A stretch of DNA of 64,000 bases from an uncultured Chlamydiae bacterium (GCA_963830365.1 CAWHMU010000036.1:1-64000), one strand, 5' to 3'. Positions 50,335-59,697 are shown, counted from the stretch's first letter. The notes: a model not told the origin generated them from the letters alone. Numbers and translations are program-made.

Positions 50335-52518
50335 TTACTCCTGTTGTTCGCTCGTTACCAGTGCATGGTAGAGGGGGCAATGCTCCATTAGCCTGGCATG
50401 TGTGCCTTTGGCGATGATCTTGCCTAGGTCCAGCACAATGATTTCATCGCAATCGCGGATGCTGCTTAAGCGATGGGCGATCAAAAGCATGGCACTGCCG
50501 CTGTTGCGCAGATGCTGCATGATGGCATGCTCGGTAAAGGCATCAAGGGAATTGGTGCCTTCATCGAGGATCAGAATGGCAGGCTGCTTTAAGCCGGCTC
50601 TGGCAATCTCCAGGCGCTGCCGTTCCCCGCCGCTCAAATTGGCGCCATTCTCTTCAAGCATAAGCTCATAGCCGCCGGGTCTTGACATGATGGTGTCGTG
50701 CAGGCAGGCGCATTTAGCGGCCGCTATGACAGGCGGCAAAGGTATCGTTGGGTCAAGAAAGGTGAGGTTGTCTTTGATGCTGGCAGTGAAAATGAAGGGA
50801 TCGCTTTCGACCAGAGCCATGCTGTTGACAAATAGTTCGCGGGGTATAGCCTGCTGGCTTTTGCCGTCGAATAGCACTTCCCCTTCCCAAGGATGCAACA
50901 GTCCGGCGATAATCCTTGCCAGCGTCGATTTGCCGCTGCCAGAGGGGCCGACGAGTGCCACGCTTTTGCCGGCAGCCAGTGTCAATGAGATATCTTTGAG
51001 CATCGGTTCGTCGCAGCGGCTGTAGCCGAAAGTCACGTGGCGAATGTCGACCGCGCCGCTCAGTTTACTTGTCTGCTGAGGCCGTGCTTCCGGCGGTTTG
51101 AAGACGCTGTCGATGGGATAGCGCATCAGGTCATCCAGCCGCGCCATATCGACCTTTAGAAATTGCAGGCTCTGGTTCACGCCGGCCAGGCTGACCACGG
51201 GTTGGATCAGGCTGAACAGTAAAATCTGCACGGCGATGAACATCCCCACGGTCAGTTGACCATCGATGACGCGCCAACCGCCGACCGCGATGAAGATAAA
51301 GTAAGTCAAAGCTTGCAATAGCTGCGTGCATATGGTCAGGAAGATGTCCTTGCGCCCCACTGCCTGCAGCGCATTCAATAGTCTGGTATAATATGCCGCC
51401 CAGGTCTGGAAAAAGCGCCGTGTTGAGCCGCCGGCTTTTAGCATTTCTATATTTTCCAGCCCGCCGATGGCATAGGCAGTGCTGCGGGCTGAGTCCGACT
51501 GATAGCGTGCATACATGTCTGAGCGGGAGCTATAGACGCATTGCATCAGCAGGAGGTTGGCGGCCATCACCGACATAGCCACCAGGGCGATGGTATAATC
51601 GTAATAGAGGATCGCCACACCATAGCTGAAGGCAAACAGCACGCTTAAGACCAGCGTGATGACATCGTCGGCCAGGGCATGGTTGATCGATTCATTGAGA
51701 GTTAGGCGGTAGGCCACTTCACCTGGATAACGCTGCAGGTAAAATTCCATCGGCAGCCTAAGCATATGCCATAATGTCTCGCTGCCCAAAGCGACCGACA
51801 GGCGCGTTTTTAAGCGGTTGATGGCCTTGCCTTGCAGGAATATCAGCAACCCTTTGACAGCCATCACCAACAGCAATCCGGCCAGGATGCCGTTTTTCCA
51901 GTCCAGGTTTTGCGCTACCAGCACCCGGTCGATAAACACCTGCGTCAAGGCGGGAAAGGCCAAATTCGGCACGACCAGGCATAGGCCGATCAGGGCGGCA
52001 AAAAGTAGCGCGGCCTTGACGTTTTTCAGTCTATTGTAGATGGCCTCGATCACCCCTGGCGGCCGGCCGCTTTTTTTGAACTGCGTTCCGGGCTGCAGGG
52101 TGATGGCGATGCCGGTAAAGTCGCTGTCGAGCTCATCGTAGCTGATGCTGCGCGGCCCCGTGGCTGGATCGTTGAGGTATACATGCTTTTTGTCGAAACC
52201 TTCAAGGACCACAAAGTGTTCGAATTTCCAGAACAGGATGGCCGGCAGCGGCAGCTGATAGAGATCTTCCACCTCCAGACTGTAGCCGTCGGCCTGCAGC
52301 TGATAGCCTTCGGCGGCCTCGACGATATTTTTGGCGTTGCTGCCGTCGCGCGAGATGCCGCAGGCGATGCGCAGCTGTTCTATGGATAAAAATTTGCCAA
52401 AATGCGCCAAGATGATGGCTAGGCAGACGGCGCCGCATTCGGTGGCTTCGATCTGGATGCGTGTCGGCGTGCGCACGCGCCGGTAGGCGCTTGGCCGCGG
52501 GATGATATTCTCATTCAT
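50335..52518 (-). CDS. NHLM-type ABC transporter with C39 peptidase domain (TIGR03796-like)
   Basis: VRTPTRIQIEATECGA (catalytic Cys), EHFVVLEG (His), LNDPATG (Asp), SRDGS, GPSGSGKS, LSGGERQR. Confidence 0.93.
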   Translation of the reverse strand: MNENIIPRPSAYRRVRTPTRIQIEATECGAVCLAIILAHFGKFLSIEQLRIACGISRDGSNAKNIVEAAEGYQLQADGYSLEVEDLYQLPLPAILFWKFEHFVVLEGFDKKHVYLNDPATGPRSISYDELDSDFTGIAITLQPGTQFKKSGRPPGVIEAIYNRLKNVKAALLFAALIGLCLVVPNLAFPALTQVFIDRVLVAQNLDWKNGILAGLLLVMAVKGLLIFLQGKAINRLKTRLSVALGSETLWHMLRLPMEFYLQRYPGEVAYRLTLNESINHALADDVITLVLSVLFAFSYGVAILYYDYTIALVAMSVMAANLLLMQCVYSSRSDMYARYQSDSARSTAYAIGGLENIEMLKAGGSTRRFFQTWAAYYTRLLNALQAVGRKDIFLTICTQLLQALTYFIFIAVGGWRVIDGQLTVGMFIAVQILLFSLIQPVVSLAGVNQSLQFLKVDMARLDDLMRYPIDSVFKPPEARPQQTSKLSGAVDIRHVTFGYSRCDEPMLKDISLTLAAGKSVALVGPSGSGKSTLARIIAGLLHPWEGEVLFDGKSQQAIPRELFVNSMALVESDPFIFTASIKDNLTFLDPTIPLPPVIAAAKCACLHDTIMSRPGGYELMLEENGANLSGGERQRLEIARAGLKQPAILILDEGTNSLDAFTEHAIMQHLRNSGSAMLLIAHRLSSIRDCDEIIVLDLGKIIAKGTHARLMEHCPLYHALVTSEQQE

Positions 52519-53431
52519 CTTTCACACTCTCGAGTTTCAAACTCTCCAGTGGCAGCATGTAATAGAGCGGCCGGATGCGGTGGATGGTCGCCTGGACTGT
52601 GCCGACGGTACCGGTTGTCAGGGGGGATGGCAGGGACTTGCCCGATGTCAGGCGATAGTCATGGGTATGCGGATCGATATCCAGCTCGATGGTAGCTTCA
52701 ATCACGGCCTCATCGCCAGGCGCCAGATATTCCACCAGTTCCTTATTGTAGATCTGCTTTTCCAGGCCGGCTTGGGGGATGGCAAAGCCCGATACCTCGC
52801 TGACTTTTCCCTGCAGGTAGCCGTATTCTTGGGTATCAATGGTGGAAACGGCGACGTAGGCGGCAGTCCCCACGGCCAGGCGCTTTCCCTGTGCTAACGG
52901 GAAATAGGCGTAGACGCGGTATGGGGCGTGGCCTGCATTGCTGTATTCCAGCCATACCACCGGGCTGCCGGGCGTCAGTGTCTCCCCTTCGCCGGCCAGT
53001 AGTTCCAATACCTTGCCGTCGATGGGACTTGTGAGCCGATGCAGCGGCATTTGCCGTTCGGGATCGGCCATCTCGGCCATCAGCTGGCCGGCTTTAACCT
53101 CTTGGCCGGGTTTGACGGTGATATTTTGCATGAGACCACCGACGGGCGTGTTTATGGTCAGCAGGCGTCCCTTTTGGTTCATGACGATCCCCCTGCCGTG
53201 TACGGTGACGGGCAGGGAGCCAAAAACAGACCATCCGATGAGACCGCCAAGCAGCATGATCAGGCATAGCAGCGCAATCCACATGCGAGGAGTCACTACC
53301 ACAAGCAGGGCGTCCAGCTGCACAGGATGGGAAAGGCGTTCCAAAGGTCCTGGCCGAAATAGGGACGAAGCTGTTCCTGCGGCCTCTTCGGATGTGGGGC
53401 CGGGGGGTGATTTTTCGGTCATTGTGAGCAT
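52511..53431 (-). CDS. NHLM-type secretion adaptor (TIGR03794-like), short form
   Basis: LFRPGPLERLSHPVQLDALL, TM helix, GRGIV, SPIDGKV, QEYGYLQGKVSEVS. Confidence 0.87.
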   Translation of the reverse strand: MLTMTEKSPPGPTSEEAAGTASSLFRPGPLERLSHPVQLDALLVVVTPRMWIALLCLIMLLGGLIGWSVFGSLPVTVHGRGIVMNQKGRLLTINTPVGGLMQNITVKPGQEVKAGQLMAEMADPERQMPLHRLTSPIDGKVLELLAGEGETLTPGSPVVWLEYSNAGHAPYRVYAYFPLAQGKRLAVGTAAYVAVSTIDTQEYGYLQGKVSEVSGFAIPQAGLEKQIYNKELVEYLAPGDEAVIEATIELDIDPHTHDYRLTSGKSLPSPLTTGTVGTVQATIHRIRPLYYMLPLESLKLESVKDE

Positions 53432-53459
53432 GCCTTATCTAGGTTTCACCATTTAGGTT

Positions 53460-53630
53460 TCACCCCTTTGTCGGCGTCTGCGCAGGCGAGGTCTCCCGCG
53501 TGGCAGGCAACTTCGGCTTGCTTTGGCGGGCAGGGGGTTTTGGGGGGCCGTATGTATTCCTGGTAGGATATCCCCCTACCACTTGCAATAGTTGAGCTTT
53601 GGTCAGCGGCTGTTTTTGTTTTTTAGGCAT
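53460..53630 (-). CDS. Double-glycine leader precursor peptide A (56 aa; not in ORF track)
   Basis: GGAGG RBS; MPKKQKQPLTKAQLLQVVGG|YPTRNTYGPPKPPARQSKPKLPATRETSPAQTPTKG*. Confidence 0.85.
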   Translation of the reverse strand: MPKKQKQPLTKAQLLQVVGGYPTRNTYGPPKPPARQSKPKLPATRETSPAQTPTKG

Positions 53631-53732
53631 ATATCCTCCAAGCTTAAGTTCATCAACTGGGCCTATACTGGAATATACAAGATGTTTTATTATAATATAT
53701 ATAATTTTAAAAAAGCAGGCGATTTTGGACTT

Positions 53733-53915
53733 TTAAATAACCGGTCGAGGAATGGGATGGTTGTTTAGGAGGTTTTTGGGATTTAGCGATGACGATCCGA
53801 GAGGAATGCCGTAGGAAGGATTGGGTTGATGGGGCGAACGGGTCGGCGAGCATGCTCCCCCTTTGACATACATCAGTTGTTTTTTGGTCAGCGGCGGCTT
53901 TTCATCGTTAAACAT
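53733..53915 (-). CDS. Double-glycine leader precursor peptide B (60 aa)
   Basis: GGAGAG RBS; MFNDEKPPLTKKQLMYVKGG|ACSPTRSPHQPNPSYGIPLGSSSLNPKNLLNNHPIPRPVI*. Confidence 0.85.
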   Translation of the reverse strand: MFNDEKPPLTKKQLMYVKGGACSPTRSPHQPNPSYGIPLGSSSLNPKNLLNNHPIPRPVI

Positions 53916-53995
53916 GCAAGCTCTCCAGCTAAAATTAACAGAGGCCGTTGCCACTTAATTATATAGTAAAGTTATTTATTTAACTAATGTTTGTA

Positions 53996-54157
53996 TATAC
54001 CACACGCGGCTACGTTTGGCATTTTTCGGCTGCGCCAAAGCCCCGAGGTTTAACAATCGAAAGTGACCCAATATTCCAATATGGGGTCACTTTCGATCGT
54101 TAAACCTCGGGACTTTCGCGTTGCCGAAAATCGCCAAACCTAGCCGCGTGTGGTATA
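53996..54157. mobile_element. 162-bp TATAC-ended near-perfect palindrome
   Basis: tataccacacgcggcta.gtttggc...cccgaggtttaac.atcgaaagtgaccc / gggtcactttcgat.gttaaacctcggg...gccaaac.tagccgcgtgtggtata. Confidence 0.85.
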
Positions 54158-54177
54158 GTTGCCTTGTGCTGCCGCCC

Positions 54178-55398
54178 TTACTTATTGATGATGACGATGA
54201 CGGTGCATAGGGTGCCGGTGGGAAGGTCGGGCGGCGGCAGGGAGCTCATCCAATAGCCGGGTGTCCACCATTTCTTGGACCACTTATAGCCCTTGGTGAC
54301 TGGATCGATATCGGGATCGATGACGGCTTCGATGACGGCTTTATCCCCTGGGACGAGGAGGTTGACGAGTTCTTTGTTATAAAGGATTTTGGTGATGCTA
54401 TCGCGCGAGACGGGATAATCGGTGACTTCGGCCACTTTGCCCAGCAGCACGCCGTAGTATTTAGTGTCGGCCGAATAGACCACCATGACGGCCCTTTGCC
54501 CGACGACGACGTGCTTGTTCTGTTCCATAGGCAGGTAGGCATAGATGCGGTCGGGAGCATTTTTCTCGCTACGCCCTTCCATCAAGAGTAAATTGGAGCC
54601 GCGTTTGACGATTTCCCCTTCGTTGGCCATCAGTTCAAGCACACGTCCATCCCAGGGGCTCTTCACTTTGTAATATTTCGCTTGCTGCTCAAGCAGTCTT
54701 TTCAGTTCCAGGTTTTGGGTGAGGTCGCGCTCTTTATTCTTCAGCTCCTCCGAACGGTAGCCTTTAAGCAGGTTGAAATGCAGGTTGGCAATTGACACCT
54801 GGGTGGTTTCTCTTTCGATTTTAGCGGACGACAATTTGTCTTCGGCATCGCGTACGACGGCAGGGCTGATCAGCCCAAGCTCGAATAAATGCTTACGCCG
54901 GGTCACCTCAGCTTCCAGATCGGGGATTTTTTTGTTCAGCAGCTGGACATTGAATTTTTTGGCCAGCATCTCTCTTTTAAGGGCCTTTAGCTGTGCCGCT
55001 CCTTCCTGGCTGATGTCATGCTTAAACTTCTCTAAATCAAGTGTCAAATTCTCCACTTTCAGCTTGGCAGCCGACAGCTTGATTTCGTAGTCGTGATCTA
55101 AAATATCAACCACCAGCTGGTCTTCTTTGACCTCGTCCCCCGGGCTGACGAAAATTTTTTTAACAATCCCGTCCACTCTGGTATTGATGGTGAAAAGCCG
55201 CCCCTTGGCATTCAGGATAATGCCTTTGCCCACGACTTTCTCCGGCTGGAAATAATCATCAATCTCGTAGTAGGCAAGGCTTGTCAGGCAGACCAGGATG
55301 ATGACGATCCACATCTTAGGGGAAAGGCGCTGATAAAATCTTTTTTTGGGGGGCTCAAATGCCGGCTGCTGGGCTGGAGATGGGGGATTTGTTGTCAT
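54178..55398 (-). CDS. Second NHLM/HlyD-type secretion adaptor, full-length coiled coil
   Basis: TM helix, GKGII..KGRLFTINT, long heptad region, SPWDGRVLEL, YYGVLLGKVAEV; clear paralogue of 52511-53431. Confidence 0.87.
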   Translation of the reverse strand: MTTNPPSPAQQPAFEPPKKRFYQRLSPKMWIVIILVCLTSLAYYEIDDYFQPEKVVGKGIILNAKGRLFTINTRVDGIVKKIFVSPGDEVKEDQLVVDILDHDYEIKLSAAKLKVENLTLDLEKFKHDISQEGAAQLKALKREMLAKKFNVQLLNKKIPDLEAEVTRRKHLFELGLISPAVVRDAEDKLSSAKIERETTQVSIANLHFNLLKGYRSEELKNKERDLTQNLELKRLLEQQAKYYKVKSPWDGRVLELMANEGEIVKRGSNLLLMEGRSEKNAPDRIYAYLPMEQNKHVVVGQRAVMVVYSADTKYYGVLLGKVAEVTDYPVSRDSITKILYNKELVNLLVPGDKAVIEAVIDPDIDPVTKGYKWSKKWWTPGYWMSSLPPPDLPTGTLCTVIVIINK

Positions 55399-55440
55399 AG
55401 GGCATCTGCCTTTAATAAACGATTAATTTGTATTTATTAC

Positions 55441-57375
55441 CTAATCACAACTCTCTGCTACATTTTCTGGCCGTCCTGAGCCTATCTCCGGCAGCGAGGT
55501 GATATCCATGACTTCAATGCAATCGCTATTTTCCCCCTGCCAGAATAGTGTAGCGGTCAGAAAACGGATCTGGCCGATGTTCTGCATGTACTTTTTACGG
55601 AAATCGTTGCGCTGCAACAGGGACGTGGTCAGGTTTTCTTCAAAACTCAGCAGATCAAAGAGGGAAATGAAGCCCGCCTGCAGTTTGACGACGCCTTCGG
55701 CAAACAATAAGCGGTTTAGGCGCACATTTTGTTCGGCTTCCTTTAATTGGGCAGATAGCACGATTTGACTAGATAGGGCTGCAGGTAAGATCGTGAGGGC
55801 TTGCTGCATCAACAGCTGCGTGGACAGGATGGCTTGGGCATATTGCGCCTTCCTTTGCTGCAGCACGCCCATCGCGCCGTCGTTATACAGCGGCATGGCG
55901 ATATTGATGCCAAGCGACCAATTTGTTTGACGCTGATGCATCTCAAGGGGCGAAAGCAAGGGTTTGCCGGCTTCGCCAGTTTCAAAATTCGGCATGGTGA
56001 CTTGGCCTGTGACATTGAGTGTGGGCAGACGGTCGTTATTGGCGCCTTTTAACAGGAAATATATTTGCTTTTGGCGCAAGGTAGAGGCTTGGATGTCATA
56101 GCGGTGCCTGATCGAGTATTCAAGTAAATATGGGAATTGAGTTTGGAACCACTCGACATCGAGCGGTGGCAGCGGGAAGTCATCGGTTAAATATAAAACC
56201 TCATCCTTAAAGTCTGTCACTGAGACATCGCCCATGACAAATTCCAATTGTTGGATGGTGGAAAAAAGAAATTGCTGCGCCTCCAGCAGGCTGATTTGCT
56301 GCTTGACGATCTTCTGCTGGGGCTGGTGGATGTCAGTGCGGGCCAGCAATGAATTTTTGATCAGTTGCTTGATATTTTCGGTTAGTTCCCTCAGGCGTCT
56401 CAAACCCTCTTCCTGGATGCCAACGGCTTTTTGGGCAGCTACGGCTTCCCAATAGGCCGTGGTGGTGCTGAAGATGTTTTGGCTGACAGCATGGAAGTCG
56501 TCATAGTACCTGGCATAAAGTTCCATGCGGGCGGCTTTTTCCTGCATCCAATTTACACCGTTTAAAAAGCCGCGCAACAGCGGTTGCTGTACCAAAAAGG
56601 AAACCGAGCCGACATTGTTGTTTACTGTTGCCGGTGAATTGAGGGGGTTATGCAGCCTGTCGACCTGGGCGCTGACGGCAAAGGCCGTGCCTGGACGGGT
56701 GAGGGTGGTGGCGGAGAGGGTGGCAAGCGTTTCATTTCCATTGAGCTTTGTTTTTATAGGCACCGAGGCTCTTTGCAAATCGTCTTGGAAGAGATAGGTA
56801 TTGGTGCCGACGACATTATAATCGAAGGGGGAGGCCGCGCTGCGCAATACGCCGGCTTGCACGTTGATGCTGAGTTGTGAAATTTCCAGCGAAATCTGGT
56901 TCTCAAGTGCATATACAAGCGCTTCATTGAGCGAGAATGGCCGTCCTTTGGGATCTGTGCCGGGCATCATGATGAATGGTGTGTGCGGAAGTTCGGCTTC
57001 AAGTTCGGCTACCGTCAAGTCAGAAAGGTCTGGGAGGGCATCGTTTTCCTTTTCGAGGACTTCGAGGGAGTGGAGAAACTGTTTGCCAAGCAAAGGGTTT
57101 TTTGGCGGCACATCAGCCTGTTTTTTTGGCTGTGCCTGTGCCGGGGATGGAGGCGCAACCTTGCCCTCTTCCCGCATGAGATAGGCTACGAGTTCATCAT
57201 CTTCGGCAGACGCACCGAGCGTATGACTGGCAGCCGGCATCTCGGCAGGGGGTGCTAATACCCCGCTTGCCATAGCTTGAGCCGAAGGCGCAAGCTTATC
57301 ACTAACGGCAGTAGTTTCGGCCGCGGCCAGCTGATTGAGGGCAATAAATGTCAAAATGCAAAGCAGGGGTCTCAT
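55441..57375 (-). CDS. TolC-family outer-membrane efflux protein
   Basis: Signal peptide, SLNEALVYALENQ, VQQPLLRGF, AYWE, LPTLNV, IAMPLYN, AGFISLFDLL. Confidence 0.88.
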   Translation of the reverse strand: MRPLLCILTFIALNQLAAAETTAVSDKLAPSAQAMASGVLAPPAEMPAASHTLGASAEDDELVAYLMREEGKVAPPSPAQAQPKKQADVPPKNPLLGKQFLHSLEVLEKENDALPDLSDLTVAELEAELPHTPFIMMPGTDPKGRPFSLNEALVYALENQISLEISQLSINVQAGVLRSAASPFDYNVVGTNTYLFQDDLQRASVPIKTKLNGNETLATLSATTLTRPGTAFAVSAQVDRLHNPLNSPATVNNNVGSVSFLVQQPLLRGFLNGVNWMQEKAARMELYARYYDDFHAVSQNIFSTTTAYWEAVAAQKAVGIQEEGLRRLRELTENIKQLIKNSLLARTDIHQPQQKIVKQQISLLEAQQFLFSTIQQLEFVMGDVSVTDFKDEVLYLTDDFPLPPLDVEWFQTQFPYLLEYSIRHRYDIQASTLRQKQIYFLLKGANNDRLPTLNVTGQVTMPNFETGEAGKPLLSPLEMHQRQTNWSLGINIAMPLYNDGAMGVLQQRKAQYAQAILSTQLLMQQALTILPAALSSQIVLSAQLKEAEQNVRLNRLLFAEGVVKLQAGFISLFDLLSFEENLTTSLLQRNDFRKKYMQNIGQIRFLTATLFWQGENSDCIEVMDITSLPEIGSGRPENVAESCD

Positions 57376-57483
57376 GTATAGTATAACCAACAAGTTGCCG
57401 GATAGAAATAGTCCAGGGCTTAAATGTAAGTCAAATCTATACTTGAGAAATCAGAAGGTTTCAAGTTTTTTTTTGCCTGCCGG

Positions 57484-58212
57484 TTATGAGGCTGGATGGG
57501 TGGCGAATACAATATCGAAAAAACCGTTCCAATCCCTGTTTTGCCAGGCCGGCCGCATATAGATGGCGTCAAGGTCGATTAAGCTGCCAAAATCCTCTGC
57601 ATGCGGCAACACATTGTCAAAATCGCTTTCATGATCGAGTGTGGATGAATATGTATCAAACAAATCCTTCCATACCAAGTCCCTGCCACGGATCTTATGC
57701 AGCCAGGCAATCAGTTCGCGATCGTTGCAGATGGTCACTAAAACCTGCAGTGGATGGATGTGGTCTATGCGTTTGACAACTTTTTTCAAAGAGCTTTGGG
57801 CATAAATGATATAGGCCAGCGACGAATTGGCCAGCGTGTCTAGCACATAACGCATATCCTTTTTTTCCGAATCGGTCACGGCGGCATAGTAATCGCGGGG
57901 AGTGAGGCGGGCTTGGGGTTTTACGGTTTTAACTAGCAGGCTGCCGTTTTCATTGGTGAATTCCAGGCTGGTGGCGTTTTGGCGCAGGAAGGAATGATCC
58001 TTATGGGCAGGTGTGTGTGTGTCATCGGTCGACTGCATGTGTTGCTGGACAATGTGCATCACATCGGCAAAGGTGTCGGTAGGCTGGATTTCCATGACGT
58101 GCTGCACGCCCGATGATTCTTCCACGATAAGCTGTTGGCTGAAGGCGCTAAAAGGTAAAAGTAAGTAACATAGAGTTGTTAAGTTTCGTTTCATGTTAGT
58201 TATCTTTAGCAT
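57484..58212 (-). CDS. Exported conserved hypothetical protein (chlamydial type)
   Basis: AGGAG RBS, signal peptide, RIDHIHPLQ motif. Confidence 0.7.
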   Translation of the reverse strand: MLKITNMKRNLTTLCYLLLPFSAFSQQLIVEESSGVQHVMEIQPTDTFADVMHIVQQHMQSTDDTHTPAHKDHSFLRQNATSLEFTNENGSLLVKTVKPQARLTPRDYYAAVTDSEKKDMRYVLDTLANSSLAYIIYAQSSLKKVVKRIDHIHPLQVLVTICNDRELIAWLHKIRGRDLVWKDLFDTYSSTLDHESDFDNVLPHAEDFGSLIDLDAIYMRPAWQNRDWNGFFDIVFATHPAS

Positions 58213-58340
58213 TAACGCTCCTGTTTGTGTTATTTAATTTATAATACAATACTATATAGGTTTGATGTTAATTTGTAAATAGTTTATCCAGAAAATTTTG
58301 CGCTCGTCAGCCTTGCCTCTGGTGCACGCTCTCTCTTTTC

Positions 58341-58368
58341 TCGTGTCCGTTTGTGCAAACGGACACGA
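58341..58368. repeat. 13-bp perfect inverted repeat in divergent intergenic region
   Basis: tcgtgtccgtttg-tg-caaacggacacga. Confidence 0.7.
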
Positions 58369-58459
58369 AATAGACGGACGCCTGCCGGAAATCGCTATCT
58401 TAGAAATCCGCGGTTTTGCTATGCGTTGATACAAATATTTATATCTATGTGAGGATTCT

Positions 58460-59515
58460 ATGCAAAACCTATGGGTTGTTTTCTACACCGTTCTTTTTGG
58501 TCTGACAATCTTTCAGCCCGAGGTAGCTGCGCATCTAAAAAATAGTCGCTTTGAAAACTGGGTGCCGGAGACGACCCAGGAATTGGAAGACTGCAGCCGC
58601 CAGGCGCACACCTCTTTTGGTCCGATCGAATATGTGAGGAAGGGCGAGGGCCCTGTCGTGCTTAGCTTGCAAGGGGCTTTTGGAGGGTGGGACCAGTCGT
58701 TGCTGATAAGCTCCCATCTGCTCGAACATGGCTTTTCCGTCCTAGCGGTATCGCGTCCGGGTTATCTTGGCACCCCACTTAGCGTTGGCATGACGAACGA
58801 GCAGCAAGCCGATGCTTTGGCCGCGCTGTTAGAAATGTTGCATATCCCCAAAGTAGCGGTACTCGGTTTTTCTGCCGGCGCGCCGGTTGCCTTTCAACTG
58901 GCTTTGCGGCATCCTGAAAAAGTCTCGGCCCTGGTCTTGGAAAGCATTGGCGCCCAGTCAAACGACACACTTTCTTATATCGTCTTGGAGCTGTTGCTCA
59001 ACCAGGCGTCACCCTTTTCAGCTTCCGCCATCCCTCAATTGGATTTCGCCTTTTATATGCTCTATTTGACCATGCGTTTTGACTTCTATTCCACGGCTAA
59101 AGAGATTTTGCCGATGGATAATAACTTATTTTATACCGAGCTCAATCAGCGCATGCGCTTTGTCGTCAAGCATGCTAACCAGTCCGAATTTTTAAGGAAG
59201 ATGATCTACGCCATGATGCCGCTTTCGCCGCGGGCCGATGGCATCGCCAATGATATCGGCAATGCCGTGCTCGGCAATTGGCCCCTCGTGCCATCTTTCT
59301 ACCAAGGGATCGCGACGCCGACCATCATCGTGCAGGCTTTAAATGATACCAACGGCAATTATAGTACGGCGCAGTATGTAAACTCCCAAATTGCCGGCTC
59401 GCAGCTGCTCACGGTGCAAGACAGCGGCCACTTCATCTGGCTGGGACCTGATACCAAAGCCTGGGAAAAGCAGCTGGTCTCTTTTTTAAGGGCCTATAAG
59501 CCGCCCATGCCCTAA
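58460..59515 (+). CDS. Exported alpha/beta hydrolase
   Basis: SRPGYLGT, GFSAG nucleophile elbow, DSGH. Confidence 0.88.
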   Translation: MQNLWVVFYTVLFGLTIFQPEVAAHLKNSRFENWVPETTQELEDCSRQAHTSFGPIEYVRKGEGPVVLSLQGAFGGWDQSLLISSHLLEHGFSVLAVSRPGYLGTPLSVGMTNEQQADALAALLEMLHIPKVAVLGFSAGAPVAFQLALRHPEKVSALVLESIGAQSNDTLSYIVLELLLNQASPFSASAIPQLDFAFYMLYLTMRFDFYSTAKEILPMDNNLFYTELNQRMRFVVKHANQSEFLRKMIYAMMPLSPRADGIANDIGNAVLGNWPLVPSFYQGIATPTIIVQALNDTNGNYSTAQYVNSQIAGSQLLTVQDSGHFIWLGPDTKAWEKQLVSFLRAYKPPMP

Positions 59516-59646
59516 TGATACCAGCAGCTGGTTGAAATTTTCCATATGAACTGTGCCGAAGTGCGTGGCAATGGAAGGGGCTGAAATTTGTTGACCGCTA
59601 CTGCGGTAAGCGCACATTTCAGCTTACTTGTAAACCATCGTCGGAA

Positions 59647-59697
59647 AGACAAGGATACGGCTTCAGAGATGTGGAATATTTTAAACTGCGACTTTAT
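59647..59697 (+). pseudogene. Short remnant of an ISL3-family transposase C-terminus
   Basis: Translates RQGYGFRDVEYFKLRLY, matching the R.AYGFRD.EYFKL motif recalled for ISL3 transposases. Confidence 0.65.

Noticed and set aside
53733..53954. ORF-track start at 53954 for peptide B
   Set aside because: ATG 53915 has an RBS and gives a 20-aa leader in register with peptides A and C
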